Both the position numbers and the translations under genes were made by a program. 64,000 bases of DNA from Myxococcales bacterium (GTDB lineage Bacteria; Myxococcota_A; Polyangia; GCA-2747355), in assembly GCA_020431405.1 (NCBI GenBank), contig JAGQIK010000677.1, forward strand, positions 620 to 64,619. The letters are read 5' to 3'. Of the stretch, positions 8,480-20,907 are shown piece after piece. The notes under the pieces were generated by a model, which was given only the letters and a program-made list of their open reading frames with translations, did no database searches and was not told where the DNA came from. Within the stretch, counting starts at the first letter, position 1. Every line of letters begins with the position of its first letter.

Positions 8480-9286
8480 ATGATGGCTCGATCATCCACA
8501 CACCCCGTCAAGCGCTGGCTTCGTCGCCTTGGCATCGTGCTGGCCAGCGTGTTGGTGCTGCTCGGGGCGCTGGCCTTCGTCGCCTTCCGCACCAACCTGC
8601 TGCTCTCGTCGCTCGAGACGGGCGCGCTCGGCAGCGAACGCGAGGCCGACGCACTGCTGCGCGGGCTCGCCGCCGCCCACGGCACGCCCGAGCGCTGGCG
8701 CAGCCAGGGCCATCTGGTGATGCGGGTGCGCGGCAACGTCGCGTTCTTCGCCGCGCGGCGCGCCTTCGGCCTCGATCAGGCGAAGATCGAGCTCACGCTG
8801 CGTTTTCGACCGAATGCGCCCGGCCGCTATCACTACGTGCTGGTCGACGGCGCGCGCGTGCGGCGCGGCCACGTCGACACGCGTCGCGATCGCGACGGCC
8901 TCGGCCTGCTGCTCGACTCGGTGCACCACCTCTTCGCGCTGCCCTTCGTCGCCGGCGAAATCCCCGTGCGGCGCGGCATGGCGAGGGCGCCCAGCGGCGA
9001 GCAGCGTGCCTTTTTCACCTGGGGCCGCGGCACCGCGGCGAGCCCAAAGCACGATCAGGTCGTGCTGTGGACGCGCGCCGGTGGCCTGGTGCGCATGGAC
9101 ACCACGGGACGCGACATCGCGCCGTTCATCGTGGCGCGCGTGCAGTTCGAGGGCACCGTGCGCATGGGGCAGCTGCGCCTGCCCGCGCGCGCGACGGTCT
9201 ACGACGACCGGTTCGGTCGGCTGGTGCAGCGCTTCGAGCTCGTGTCCATCGCGCGCGAGCCTGGCGCCGCGGTCTCGCACCGCTAG
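8480..9286 (+). CDS. hypothetical membrane-anchored protein, divergent from TetR
   Basis: N-terminal transmembrane anchor (LGIVLASVLVLLGALAFVAF). Non-repetitive composition. Divergently arranged to the TetR gene across the AT-rich operator region. Confidence 0.45.
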   Translation: MMARSSTHPVKRWLRRLGIVLASVLVLLGALAFVAFRTNLLLSSLETGALGSEREADALLRGLAAAHGTPERWRSQGHLVMRVRGNVAFFAARRAFGLDQAKIELTLRFRPNAPGRYHYVLVDGARVRRGHVDTRRDRDGLGLLLDSVHHLFALPFVAGEIPVRRGMARAPSGEQRAFFTWGRGTAASPKHDQVVLWTRAGGLVRMDTTGRDIAPFIVARVQFEGTVRMGQLRLPARATVYDDRFGRLVQRFELVSIAREPGAAVSHR

Positions 9287-9313
9287 CCTCTGGCTGGCGC
9301 GGGCGAGCGAAGG

Positions 9314-10013
9314 CTACATCTTGGGGTCGTCGCGGATGCCGGGCTCGTCGGGGGCCGTCGGCCGCGTCGCCGGCGCCGATGCGGGCTGGCTCGTGGGTCG
9401 CGTCGCGGGCGGGGTGCGCCGTCGAGCTGACGGCGGCGGCTGCGTCACGCTTGCACCGCAGCCGGTCATCGCGTGGGCCTGCACGCGCGCACCGATGACC
9501 GTCGGATTGCGCTCGAGCCAGGCGCGCGGCAGGCCCATCGGAAAGCGCGCGAACTGGCAGGCGCGATCGAGCTTCTTGCCCAGCGCTACGCCAACCTCCG
9601 GTCGGATCGCCTCCGAGTAGGCCGACGGGATGCCGGCGAAGAGCCACACGGGACCTGAGATGACCGCCCAGTAGCCGTGCGAGATCGCCGACAGCGTACC
9701 GACCACGTCCCAAACCGTGGCGAGGACGCCGAGGCCAGCGAACGCTTTGATGGTCATCCTCGTCACCAGCCGGCGACTGATCGCGTAGAGCCGCTCGTGC
9801 TGCAACATCCAGATGTGCGTCGCGTCGACGGCGATCAGCTCGCCTTCGATCTTCCGCGTATCGACCTCGCGACGGAACTTCAAGAAGGTGCGAAAGCCAC
9901 GCACCGGCACGTCGTCGAGGGCGCGTCGAACAGCCCGCCCCTCGAGTTGCGCGCGGTCGAGCGGCTGCCCGGCGCAGCCGACGCAGATCACGGCGGCCAA
10001 CAGCGCGCGACTC
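9314..10013 (-). CDS. membrane lipoprotein, hypothetical
   Basis: Lipobox MSRALLAAVICVGCAG. The ATG at 10013 overlaps the stop of the upstream gene (ATGA). Internal hydrophobic helices. The longer ORF to 10651 is a spurious 5' extension. Confidence 0.5.
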
Positions 10014-11640
10014 ATCGCGTGCCCTCGCGGCCGAGACGGCTCTGCCAGAAGATGCGCTCGATGTGCGGCTCGAGCTGCTTGTAGCGCGGCGCGAGCTTCT
10101 TCAGCGCCTTGCCGCTGTGGAGCAGAAGCTCCGTGAGCTTCGCTTCGCTTTGCTCGGGCAGCCAGCGCTCGCGCATCCACTCGACGTAGTAGCCAGTGCT
10201 GGCGAGAAACAGCGCCTGCTGCTCGGGCCGCGCCGGCAGCTCGAAGTGCAGCCGATAGGCGTCGCGCGGATAGGTCACCAGGTAGCGCCGCGGATCGCGC
10301 AGCCGCGCCAGCGCCGCCGCGTCGACGCGCCCGCCGCGCCGGCGTGTCACGCGCGCCACCTCGAGCGTGCGCGGCACCAGCGTTGGACCGAGCTCGGCGA
10401 GCGCCAGCTGATCGATCTTCCAGTAGCCGCGCGTCAGCTCGAGCCGCACGCGCACGGGCCCCGGCGGCAGCCGCGTCGGCAGCGCGACGACGTGCGTCTG
10501 CGGTGCCAACGGCCCCGTCTCGAAGGCCGAGCCTACGCGGCGCCAGCCCTTTCCGTCGTGAAGCGAGACCACGATCGGCCCGATGTCGCGCCCTAGCTGG
10601 CTGACGAGATCCACCGCGGCGCGCGGCGCGCGGTCGAGCTTGGTCAGCCACTCGCCCGCGCGGCGACCCATGTAGGCCATCGCCTGGTAGAAAAGAAACG
10701 TGTTGAGCAGGCTGTTGCGCGCCACGATCACCAGCGCGCGGCGCCCGGCGTCGCCGGCTTGTGGCGCGGCGAAGGTGACGTCGATGTGCTCGCGGCGCGC
10801 GAGGTCGCGTGCGTCGGCGAGCGAGACGAGCTCCTCGCGATCGAAGGCGCGCACCAGCTCGCGGCAGTCGCGTCGCGGTGCGCGCGTTCGCGCCGAGCGG
10901 CCGCGAGCGGCGAAACAGCGCGTGGGCGCCGCCAGCTGACGCGCCGCCAGGTAGCGCTCGTCGCGCGCGCTACCACCGCTGCCGCGCCCGATACGCAGCA
11001 CGCGCTCGTAGCCCGGCGCACGCTCGACGGCGATGAGCTGCAGGCGACGCAGGGCGTGCGTCTCCAGCGCCTCGTTGGTCATCAGCAGCGAGAACGCGCG
11101 ACCGCGCGGGCGCGCGCCCACCAGCGCGTCGACGTCGCGCTCTTCGAGCCGACGCGTGATGCTAGCCGAGAAGCCCTCGGCCATCAGCCGCTCGCCGCCG
11201 CCCGCGCTCGCCGCGTAGAACGTCGGACACGAGCCGAAGCACGACTTGGGGCTGGCGATGCAAGCGGCGGTGACCGCCAGCGAGGCGCCACTGACGACGC
11301 CGAGAACCACCAGCCCGACGTGCGAGACCTCCTTGGGCCGGTTGGTCTCGAGCAGCACCACCCGCGCCAGCGCCACGTCGTGGCTGCCCTCGCGACGCAC
11401 TCTGCGGTCGGCGTCGTAGAGGATGCCTTCGCCGAACAGATGGCCGCTGGCAATGCGCCAGCGCTGCAGCACGTACACGCTGCCGTCGGCGAGGTGTGCC
11501 TTGATGAACGGCGCGTGCGCCTCGAGCGCCGCCGCGTGACGCGGCGCCGCGAAACGCGCTTGCCACTTGGTCGAGCAGCCGCCGCCGGCGCCGGCGACGA
11601 TCGACAGTGCCACCACGCTCAGCGCGCATCCGCGTCGCAT
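10012..11640 (-). CDS. lipoprotein, hypothetical (542 aa)
   Basis: Signal plus lipobox MRRGCALSVVALSIVAGAGGGCS. Complex, non-biased sequence. Translationally coupled to the downstream lipoprotein. Confidence 0.55.
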   Translation of the reverse strand: MRRGCALSVVALSIVAGAGGGCSTKWQARFAAPRHAAALEAHAPFIKAHLADGSVYVLQRWRIASGHLFGEGILYDADRRVRREGSHDVALARVVLLETNRPKEVSHVGLVVLGVVSGASLAVTAACIASPKSCFGSCPTFYAASAGGGERLMAEGFSASITRRLEERDVDALVGARPRGRAFSLLMTNEALETHALRRLQLIAVERAPGYERVLRIGRGSGGSARDERYLAARQLAAPTRCFAARGRSARTRAPRRDCRELVRAFDREELVSLADARDLARREHIDVTFAAPQAGDAGRRALVIVARNSLLNTFLFYQAMAYMGRRAGEWLTKLDRAPRAAVDLVSQLGRDIGPIVVSLHDGKGWRRVGSAFETGPLAPQTHVVALPTRLPPGPVRVRLELTRGYWKIDQLALAELGPTLVPRTLEVARVTRRRGGRVDAAALARLRDPRRYLVTYPRDAYRLHFELPARPEQQALFLASTGYYVEWMRERWLPEQSEAKLTELLLHSGKALKKLAPRYKQLEPHIERIFWQSRLGREGTR

Positions 11641-11642
11641 CG

Positions 11643-13352
11643 CTAAAGCCCCTGCTTGAACAACCCCGAAAGCGCCGCGCTCAGGTCCGCATCAGTATCG
11701 GGGCCGATGCTGTTGGTCTCTTCGTAGTGATCGCCCTCCGCCTCGAGCAGGTAGGGCAGCGAGAAGTGCGTCTCGAAGTTGAAGCGCGGGATGATGTAGC
11801 CGACGAAGTCGGGCGTCAGGCCGAGCACCATCTTGTAGCGGCCCGTCATCAGGTCCTTCAGATACGGCCCCGCCGGCGCCTTGCTCATGTCGGGCGGGTT
11901 CTTGTTGTTGGGATCGACCTGCGGCCAGCTGTAGCTATGCGCCTTGTCGTAGCCGATGGCGATCTCGGGGTGAAGCTCGCCCGGCACGGTGGCGAAGTGC
12001 GCCTTGCCGATGTGGATGCTCGCCAGCTCCGTCGGGATGCGCGGCTTGTTGTTGGGCCCAGGCGGCTTCGTTTCGTCGTAGCCGACTACGCGCCGCTTCA
12101 TGGCGCCGAGCTTGAACGCCTGATGATAGAGCACGTTCTCCACGGTCAGCTCGGTCTTGGTGGTGGCGAAGCTGAGCGCCGGCGCGTCGTCGCTGTCGGT
12201 GCTCGCCGAGAGCGCGTCGAGCGCGAACGCCGCCACCGCGTCGCCGATGGCGCGTGCCCACCCTTCGCCTTTTTCGGTGACCGGCTTGCCGTCGGCGTCG
12301 ATCGGCTTGACGCGGTTGGGGCCGATCTGGCCGCCCAGCGCGCCCTGGAAATAGATCGTCGTGCCGCCCACGCCCGAACGCCCGCGCACGCCGTTTTCGA
12401 CGCCGTCGCGTACGAAGCGCACGAAGTCGGCCGAGTACATGCGGCGCTTGCTGCCCCACGACTCGGGGTGGTGCGCCCAGTGCACCAGCGTCGCCACCGT
12501 GCTGCTGTCGGACTTGGCGACGAAGCGCAGCATGGTCAGCGTCGGATCGATGACCACCGGATCGCGCGAGTCGCTGACGTAGGGCTCGGTGCTGCCGTTC
12601 TTGTCGACGGTCTTGGTCTCGGCGTAGATCACGCGCGCCGGCACCAGCGCTTTGGCCGCCGCGGTCACCGCGCCGACGATCTTCTGGCGTAGCTCGGCCA
12701 TGTACTTCGGGTCGACGCCGCCTTCGCCGAGGGTTCGGCCCCAGATGCCGACCGTGTCGGGCCCGTTGTGGTTGTGCGTGGCGCCGACGAGCAGCAGGTC
12801 GATGCCCAGCGACGGGTCGAGCATCTGTCGCATGGCCTCGGTCTCGTCGAAGAAGAGCCCGATCAGATCCACCGAGACCAGCGCCAGCGTGGTGTCGTCC
12901 TGCCTGAGCACGAGCACGCGCGCCTGCAGGTCGTCGTTGACGCCGTTGGATGGCTGGTTGTTGCCGAAGCCGGCGAGCCAGCACGGATCGAAGGCGCCGT
13001 TGTTGTTGAGGTCGGTGTAGGGCTCGTCTTTGTCGTGGTGGTAGTCGTCGTTGGTGTCGGTGTAGGGCTCGCAGCCGCTCGGGTTGATCACCACCTTGGC
13101 AGTGCCGACCAACAGCTCGCCGCCGGCGCCCTTGGGACAGCTCGGTGCTCCGGGGCAGACCAGCGACGGCGTGCCCGGCGGCAGCGCGTCGCTGCCCGCG
13201 TCCGCTGGCGCGTCGCCACCCGCGTCGGCGACCACCGCCGGCCCGTCAGCCGTGGGCTTGTCGTCAGCGCAGCCGCCGGCGATCAGCAGCAGCGCGCCGA
13301 GGACCACGGACCAGCGCGACACCAGCCTCCACACGCGAATCCCGCACATCAT
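11643..13352 (-). CDS. neutral/alkaline ceramidase-like lipoprotein hydrolase
   Basis: Lipobox LLLIAGGCADD. The motif LLLVGATHNHNGPDTVGIWG resembles the neutral ceramidase active-site segment (ATHTHSGPGG). It sits 3 bp upstream of the next lipoprotein gene. Confidence 0.5.
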   Translation of the reverse strand: MMCGIRVWRLVSRWSVVLGALLLIAGGCADDKPTADGPAVVADAGGDAPADAGSDALPPGTPSLVCPGAPSCPKGAGGELLVGTAKVVINPSGCEPYTDTNDDYHHDKDEPYTDLNNNGAFDPCWLAGFGNNQPSNGVNDDLQARVLVLRQDDTTLALVSVDLIGLFFDETEAMRQMLDPSLGIDLLLVGATHNHNGPDTVGIWGRTLGEGGVDPKYMAELRQKIVGAVTAAAKALVPARVIYAETKTVDKNGSTEPYVSDSRDPVVIDPTLTMLRFVAKSDSSTVATLVHWAHHPESWGSKRRMYSADFVRFVRDGVENGVRGRSGVGGTTIYFQGALGGQIGPNRVKPIDADGKPVTEKGEGWARAIGDAVAAFALDALSASTDSDDAPALSFATTKTELTVENVLYHQAFKLGAMKRRVVGYDETKPPGPNNKPRIPTELASIHIGKAHFATVPGELHPEIAIGYDKAHSYSWPQVDPNNKNPPDMSKAPAGPYLKDLMTGRYKMVLGLTPDFVGYIIPRFNFETHFSLPYLLEAEGDHYEETNSIGPDTDADLSAALSGLFKQGL

Positions 13353-13480
13353 GCGCGAGTCCTAGCACGGGGCCTCGCCGGGCAAAAAACGAAAAAAAGT
13401 CGGCGCGATTTGACTTCGAGCCCCGAGCGGACACATTTGCTTGGCAGCCGCGGCGGTGAACGGTAAGACCCCCATCTCCC

Positions 13481-15290
13481 ATGCGCGGCCGGATACCCGA
13501 GTCGGTTATTGCCGACATTCGTGATCGCACCGATATCGTGCAGGTAATCGGCAGATACGTAGAGCTCAAGCGCTCCGGCGGCAACCACAAGGGGCTCTGT
13601 CCGTTTCACGACGAGAAGACGCCGTCTTTCAACGTGAACGCAGATAAGCAGTTTTTTCACTGCTTTGGCTGCCAGGAGAGCGGCGACGTCATCGGCTTCC
13701 TGATGAAGCTCGAGGGCCGCACCTTCATGGAGGTCGTCGAGGAGCTGGCGCAGCGCGCTGGCGTCGAGATCCAGCACGAGTCGCCCGCGGAGGCGCAGCG
13801 GGCGGCGGCCCGGCGCAGCGAGCGCCAGCGCATGCTGGATCTAAACGCCAAGGTGCTCGGCTTCTATCGCGCGCTGCTGTCACGCTCCGAGGGCAGCGAG
13901 GCGCGCGACTACCTCGCCCAGCGCGGCATCAGCGACGAGATCGCCGAGCGCTTCCAGCTCGGCTTCGCGCCCGATGGGGCGCAGCGGCTGGTGCGCAAGC
14001 TCGAGTCCGCTGGGATCCCGCTCGAAGAGGGCGTGCGCGCTGGCGTCATCGCGCGCCGTCGCAACGGCGGCTACTACGATCGCTTCTGGAACCGGCTGAT
14101 CTTCCCGTTGGTGGGCGCGGGAGGGGAGGTCCTCGGCTTTGGCGGCCGTACGCTTTCGCAGGAAAGCGACGTCCCCAAATACGTAAATACTCCCGAGACG
14201 AGCCTCTATCGCAAGGGCGAGGCGCTCTACGGCATCGATGCGGCGGCGGCGGCCATGCGCCGCACCGACACGTGCCTGCTCGTCGAAGGCAACTTCGACG
14301 TCCTACAGATGCATCAGTACGGCTTCGACAACACCATCGCGCCGATGGGCACCGCGCTGACCGAGCGCCAGGTGCGCCTCGTCAGGCGCTTCGCCAGCCG
14401 CATCGTCGCGATCTTCGACGGCGACTCGGCCGGTCGCAAGGCCGCGCGACGTGCGGCGCCGACGATGGTGGAGGGCGGCGTCGAGGCCAAGATCGTCCGG
14501 CTGCCGCTGGGCAAAGACCCCGATGACCTGCTCGCCGACCAAGGCGCCGAAGAGATGACGCGCCTCATCGAGCACGCCACCCCCGTGGTCGACTACCTGC
14601 TGTCCGAGCTTCAGGACGAGATGGAAGACTCCGTCCCCGGTCGCGCCCGCGTCCTGCAGGCGATCGCGCCGGTGGTGGCTAACCTGGAAAACCCTGTCAT
14701 CAAAGACCTTTACGTCGATCGCCTGGCGCTCACGCTGCACATCGAGCGCGAGGTAGTGCGGCGCGCGACGGCCAGCGGCGGCTCCGAGCACGCCAAGCGG
14801 CTCGTCGCCGAGGCCGACGCCGAGGCCGCGCGCCAGCAGGGGCGGCCCGTGCCGCGCGAGCCGCTGCCACCCCACGAGGTCGATCCGATCGCGATCCTGC
14901 TCGAGCACCCGCATCTGTTTCCCAGAGCCGAGGAGGCCAACCTCCGAAGCCTTTTGACAAATGACGGGCTGCGCGCTACGTATTCCGCCGCCATGGAACT
15001 CCAGCGGGAGTCGGGGACCGTCGATGTTCCGCAGTTACTTCGCGGCCATACGACGGACCCTCGGGTCAAGGACGAGCTCGCTCGTCGCTCCATGTCTGGC
15101 GAGTACAAGACCGACGGAGATCCGAGGCGCCTGCTCGACGATTGTATCCACACGCTGCAGGAGCTGAGAGAGGACGAGAGGATGGCGTCTCTGCGCGCCA
15201 GCATCGCCAGCGCCGAGGCAGCGGGCGAACAGACGCAGAACCAGCTTCGAGAGTTGAACGAGCTGATCAAAAAGAAGAGGCAACGTATAC

Positions 15291-15304
<14 letters not shown>
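13481..15304 (+). CDS. dnaG: DNA primase
   Basis: Zinc-ribbon [31 protein letters not shown] region [26 protein letters not shown], and a DnaB-interaction C-terminus. Confidence 0.9.
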
Positions 15305-17672
<2,368 letters not shown>

Positions 17673-17720
17673 CAGGCAACGCGCGCTTCGCGCGCGCGTC
17701 GCCGCCTAGTTCATTAGACA

Positions 17721-17742
17721 GGGGGGCTGTTCCAGCCCCCCT
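17721..17742 (+). terminator. GC-rich hairpin downstream of rpoD (GGGGGGCTG-TTCC-CAGCCCCCC), candidate intrinsic terminator without a U-tract
   Basis: Perfect 9-bp stem. Flanked by further hairpins (gcgcgcttcgcgcgcgc at ~17682, gccgcgcaaggcgcggc at ~17745, ggggcagcta..tagctgctccc at ~17822). Confidence 0.4.
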
Positions 17743-17852
17743 ACGCCGCGCAAGGCGCGGCTACCCCCCGAGTCGCTTCGCGGTCGCGCCCGGCGGCGCT
17801 CCGGATTCGCGGTTGGCAAGTAGGGGCAGCTAGCCGACAATAGCTGCTCCCG

Positions 17853-18248
17853 ATGTCTCGACTTCGTTTCTGTATCGTCGCGCTCGCCAGCGCCGTGCTA
17901 TTCGCCGGCTCGCTCGGTTGCAGCAGCGATCCCGCCGTCGACAAAGACGCCAACGTTAGCGATCTCCCAGCGAGTAAGGACGGCTCCACCGAGCTCGCCG
18001 TCTCCGATGGCGCGCCCGACGGCGACGGCGCCGCGGGTGATGGCCTCGTCGGCGACGGACGTGGCGAGGGGCCGATCGAGATCAGGCCCGACGGCAGCCG
18101 CGCCAGCGTCAACGCCACCTCGGGCGGCACGATCTCGAGCGGCGGCGTCTACACCCTACATTCGACCCTAGGCCCCGGCCTCAACATCGACCCGACGAGC
18201 GGCGGCGCCTTCGTGCTGCGCTTCAACGGGTCCGTTATCCCGTGGTGA
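17853..18248 (+). CDS. small Gly/Asp-rich lipoprotein, hypothetical
   Basis: Signal plus lipobox MSRLRFCIVALASAVLFAGSLGCSS. Lies 3 bp upstream of the collagen-like gene. Confidence 0.5.
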   Translation: MSRLRFCIVALASAVLFAGSLGCSSDPAVDKDANVSDLPASKDGSTELAVSDGAPDGDGAAGDGLVGDGRGEGPIEIRPDGSRASVNATSGGTISSGGVYTLHSTLGPGLNIDPTSGGAFVLRFNGSVIPW

Positions 18249-18251
18249 AGT

Positions 18252-19391
18252 ATGCGAGCTAAGAGCGTTGGATTTCTCGTCGCCGCCCTGCTGCTGATCG
18301 CGGGCGCGCCGCCCGCCGCCGCGGTGCCGACGCAGATCGCCTACTCGGGTCGTCTCGAGCGCAACGGCACGGCTGTGACGGGCACGGTCTCGGTGACATT
18401 CGACCTCTACGACGCCAGCACGGGCGGCACCAAGCTGTGGACCGAGGTGTACGCCTCGATGTCGGTGAGCAACGGGATCTTCTACGCCAACCTCGGCGCC
18501 TCGACGCCGCTCGACAGCACGATCTTCACCGGCGCCGACCGCTGGCTCGAGGTCACCGTCGACGGCACCACGCTCACGCCACGCGTCAAGGTCGTCTCGG
18601 TCGCCTACGCGATTACCGCCAGCAACGTCACGGGCGACATCACGCCGCGCAGCATCTCCATCGGCGGCAACGTCGTGATCGACAGCAACGGCAAGTGGGT
18701 CGGCGATGTCGCGGGCCTTCAGGGACCGGCGGGGCCGACTGGCCCGACAGGGCCCGCGGGCCCAACCGGCCCGATGGGCCCCACCGGCGCGACCGGACCG
18801 ACGGGACCGACGGGGCCCAGCGGCCCGATGGGCGTCGCGGGCGGCGTGGGGCCGATCGGTCCGACGGGCCCGACCGGTGCCACGGGCGCTACTGGCCCGA
18901 CGGGCCCGACGGGCCCCACGGGACCGCAGGGCGTCGTGCAGTCCAACCGCGATCACCCGTTCAGCGCCTCGGTGACGGTGAGCGGCACGACCATCACGCG
19001 CGTGGCCGGCGCCTCGCTGACCGTCGCCGCGGGTGAAGCCGTCGTGCTCAACGGCTCCGTCGAGCTGCGCTCGGCGTCCACGGGCAGCATCAGCACCGAT
19101 ATCGGCCCCTGCACCGACGCATCGGGCACGCTTTCGTTTCCGCAGACGTCGCCGCCCAACCAGACGGACTGGGCCGTGACGTACGTGTCACGTACGTTCT
19201 CCGGGTTCGAGACCGGCATGTTCGTGCCGATCACCTTCATCTTCCGCGCGACGACCTCGGGCACGTTCACCTACGGCATCTGCGTGCGCAACTACAACAC
19301 GCAGGTGCCCGTCAGCGCGCGCCAGCAGCACGTCACGGTGCTGCGCATCAACCCGCAGCCGCCGCCGCCGCCGGTCATCATCCCGCAGTAG
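18252..19391 (+). CDS. secreted collagen-like triple-helix repeat protein with tail-fibre-like N-terminal domain
   Basis: Signal peptide. The N-terminal ~150 aa carries the LW-E-Y-S-V-NG-F-LG...RWLEV motif pattern seen in phage and contractile-injection-system tail-fibre repeats. About 33 consecutive GxT/GPx triplets follow ([37 protein letters not shown]...). The C-terminal ~150-aa globular domain ends in a poly-Pro tail. Confidence 0.65.
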   Translation: MRAKSVGFLVAALLLIAGAPPAAAVPTQIAYSGRLERNGTAVTGTVSVTFDLYDASTGGTKLWTEVYASMSVSNGIFYANLGASTPLDSTIFTGADRWLEVTVDGTTLTPRVKVVSVAYAITASNVTGDITPRSISIGGNVVIDSNGKWVGDVAGLQGPAGPTGPTGPAGPTGPMGPTGATGPTGPTGPSGPMGVAGGVGPIGPTGPTGATGATGPTGPTGPTGPQGVVQSNRDHPFSASVTVSGTTITRVAGASLTVAAGEAVVLNGSVELRSASTGSISTDIGPCTDASGTLSFPQTSPPNQTDWAVTYVSRTFSGFETGMFVPITFIFRATTSGTFTYGICVRNYNTQVPVSARQQHVTVLRINPQPPPPPVIIPQ

Positions 19392-19511
19392 TCGTGCGTC
19401 GAGCGTCGCGCGCGCGCTCGCTTCGGGGCGAGCGTTGACATTTCACATGTCGCGGTCCAACATGCGCACGCCCTGCACGGGCGGGTTTGGTCTTCGTGAA
19501 TCGGGGTATCA

Positions 19512-19584
19512 GGGCCCATAGCTCAGCGGTAAGAGCCACCGGCTCATAACCGGTTGGTCCCTGGTTCGAATCCAGGTGGGCCCA
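19512..19584 (+). tRNA. tRNA-Met (anticodon CAT), elongator-type or Ile2-type
   Basis: GGGCCCATAGCTCAGCGGTAAGAGCCACCGGCTCATAACCGGTTGGTCCCTGGTTCGAATCCAGGTGGGCCCA folds as a 73-nt cloverleaf with a 7-bp acceptor stem, anticodon loop CTCATAA and T-loop TTCGAAT. G1-C72 are paired, so it is not an initiator. CCA is not encoded. Confidence 0.85.
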
Positions 19585-19616
19585 GACCGGAGCCGTACGC
19601 GGGAGGAGAGACCGAC

Positions 19617-20348
19617 TTGCGCGAGCAACTTAAGCTTCTCGAACAGCTGCAGCGGATCGACGTCGTGCTCCAGCAGGCCGAGGCCTCGCTGGAGGAGCTG
19701 CCCAAAAAGCTCCAGAGCATGAAGGACGACGTGGCGGGCATCGAGCGCATGCTCGATGGCGAGCGCCAGCAGCTGCGCGACGCCGAAGCCTACAAGAGCA
19801 ACATAGAGAGCGAGATACGCGAGGAGCAAGAGCTCCTCACGCGCACCAAGGCGAAGCTCGCCTCGGTACGCAACTCCAAGGAATACCTCGCCGTCCAGCG
19901 CGAGTTCGACGCCAATCGCAAGACCACGTCCGACCGCGAGGACGAGGTCAAGAAGCTCGACGAGGCCATCGCGCAGTTCCAAGAGTCGATCAAGGTGCAC
20001 GAGGAAGAGGTCGCCAAGCTGCGCGAGCACGTCGAGCAGGAAGAGGCGGTCACCGCGCGCAAGGTCGACGAGCTGACCGCCGAGGCGACGCAGATGCGCG
20101 GCGAGCGCGAGAAGATCGCCGAGAGCGTCGAGAAGGCGATCCTGCGCCGCTACGACCGCCTCATCAGGCAGCGCGGCAAGGCCGTGGTGCCCGCCATCAA
20201 CGGCGTCTGCAGCGGCTGCAACATGCGTTTGCCGCCGCAGCTGTACAACATCATGCAGCGCGTCGAGACCATCGAGCAGTGCCCCAACTGCCAGCGCATC
20301 GTCTACTACCCCGAAGAGACGACCCCCGACGAGCCCGCCGCCGAGTAG
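19617..20348 (+). CDS. coiled-coil protein with C-terminal C4 zinc ribbon (COG1579-like)
   Basis: Long heptad-rich coiled coil, then CSGCNMRLPPQ...CPNCQRIVY. Probable TTG start at 19617 preceded by GGGAGGAGAG. The ORF-table start at 19554 lies inside the tRNA and is rejected. Confidence 0.6.
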   Translation: MREQLKLLEQLQRIDVVLQQAEASLEELPKKLQSMKDDVAGIERMLDGERQQLRDAEAYKSNIESEIREEQELLTRTKAKLASVRNSKEYLAVQREFDANRKTTSDREDEVKKLDEAIAQFQESIKVHEEEVAKLREHVEQEEAVTARKVDELTAEATQMRGEREKIAESVEKAILRRYDRLIRQRGKAVVPAINGVCSGCNMRLPPQLYNIMQRVETIEQCPNCQRIVYYPEETTPDEPAAE

Positions 20349-20351
20349 CTC

Positions 20352-20396
20352 GATCGCTGCCGTCTAGATCGCTGCCGTCTAGATCGCGGCCGTGCT
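20352..20396 (+). repeat. tandem 15-bp direct repeats (gatcgctgccgtcta x2 plus a degenerate third copy) abutting the rnpB promoter
   Basis: gatcgctgccgtcta gatcgctgccgtcta gatcgcggccgtgct, read directly from the sequence. Confidence 0.6.
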
Positions 20397-20424
20397 TGAC
20401 AGCAGCACGGGCCGCGTCAAATGT
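20396..20424 (+). promoter_or_regulatory. candidate sigma-70 promoter of rnpB (TTGACA -35, TCAAAT/AAATGT -10 region)
   Basis: TTGACA at 20396..20401. A -10-like hexamer lies 15-17 nt downstream. The predicted start falls at the mapped 5' end of the RNase P RNA P1 helix (about 20438). Confidence 0.45.
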
Positions 20425-20437
20425 CCTCCTCGCGTGA

Positions 20438-20879
<442 letters not shown>

Positions 20880-20907
20880 GCGCACTTCCCGGCAGACGCA
20901 GCGCCCC

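Noticed and set aside
18700-18960. Highly repetitive GGNCCNAC(G/C) DNA that might be mistaken for a CRISPR-like or tandem-repeat element
   Set aside because: It is the coding sequence for the Gly-X-Y collagen-like triplets, with no spacer-repeat architecture. No CRISPR array exists in the window.
19554-19616. ORF-table start of the zinc-ribbon protein inside the tRNA gene
   Set aside because: A CDS starting within the tRNA is implausible. A TTG with a GGAGG-like RBS at 19617 gives a sensible start.
17853-20348. Possible prophage or integrative element at tRNA-Met (tail-fibre-like gene next to a tRNA)
   Set aside because: No integrase, excisionase, capsid, terminase or att-like direct repeat of the tRNA 3' end was found on either side. 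Only the fibre-like gene is suggestive.
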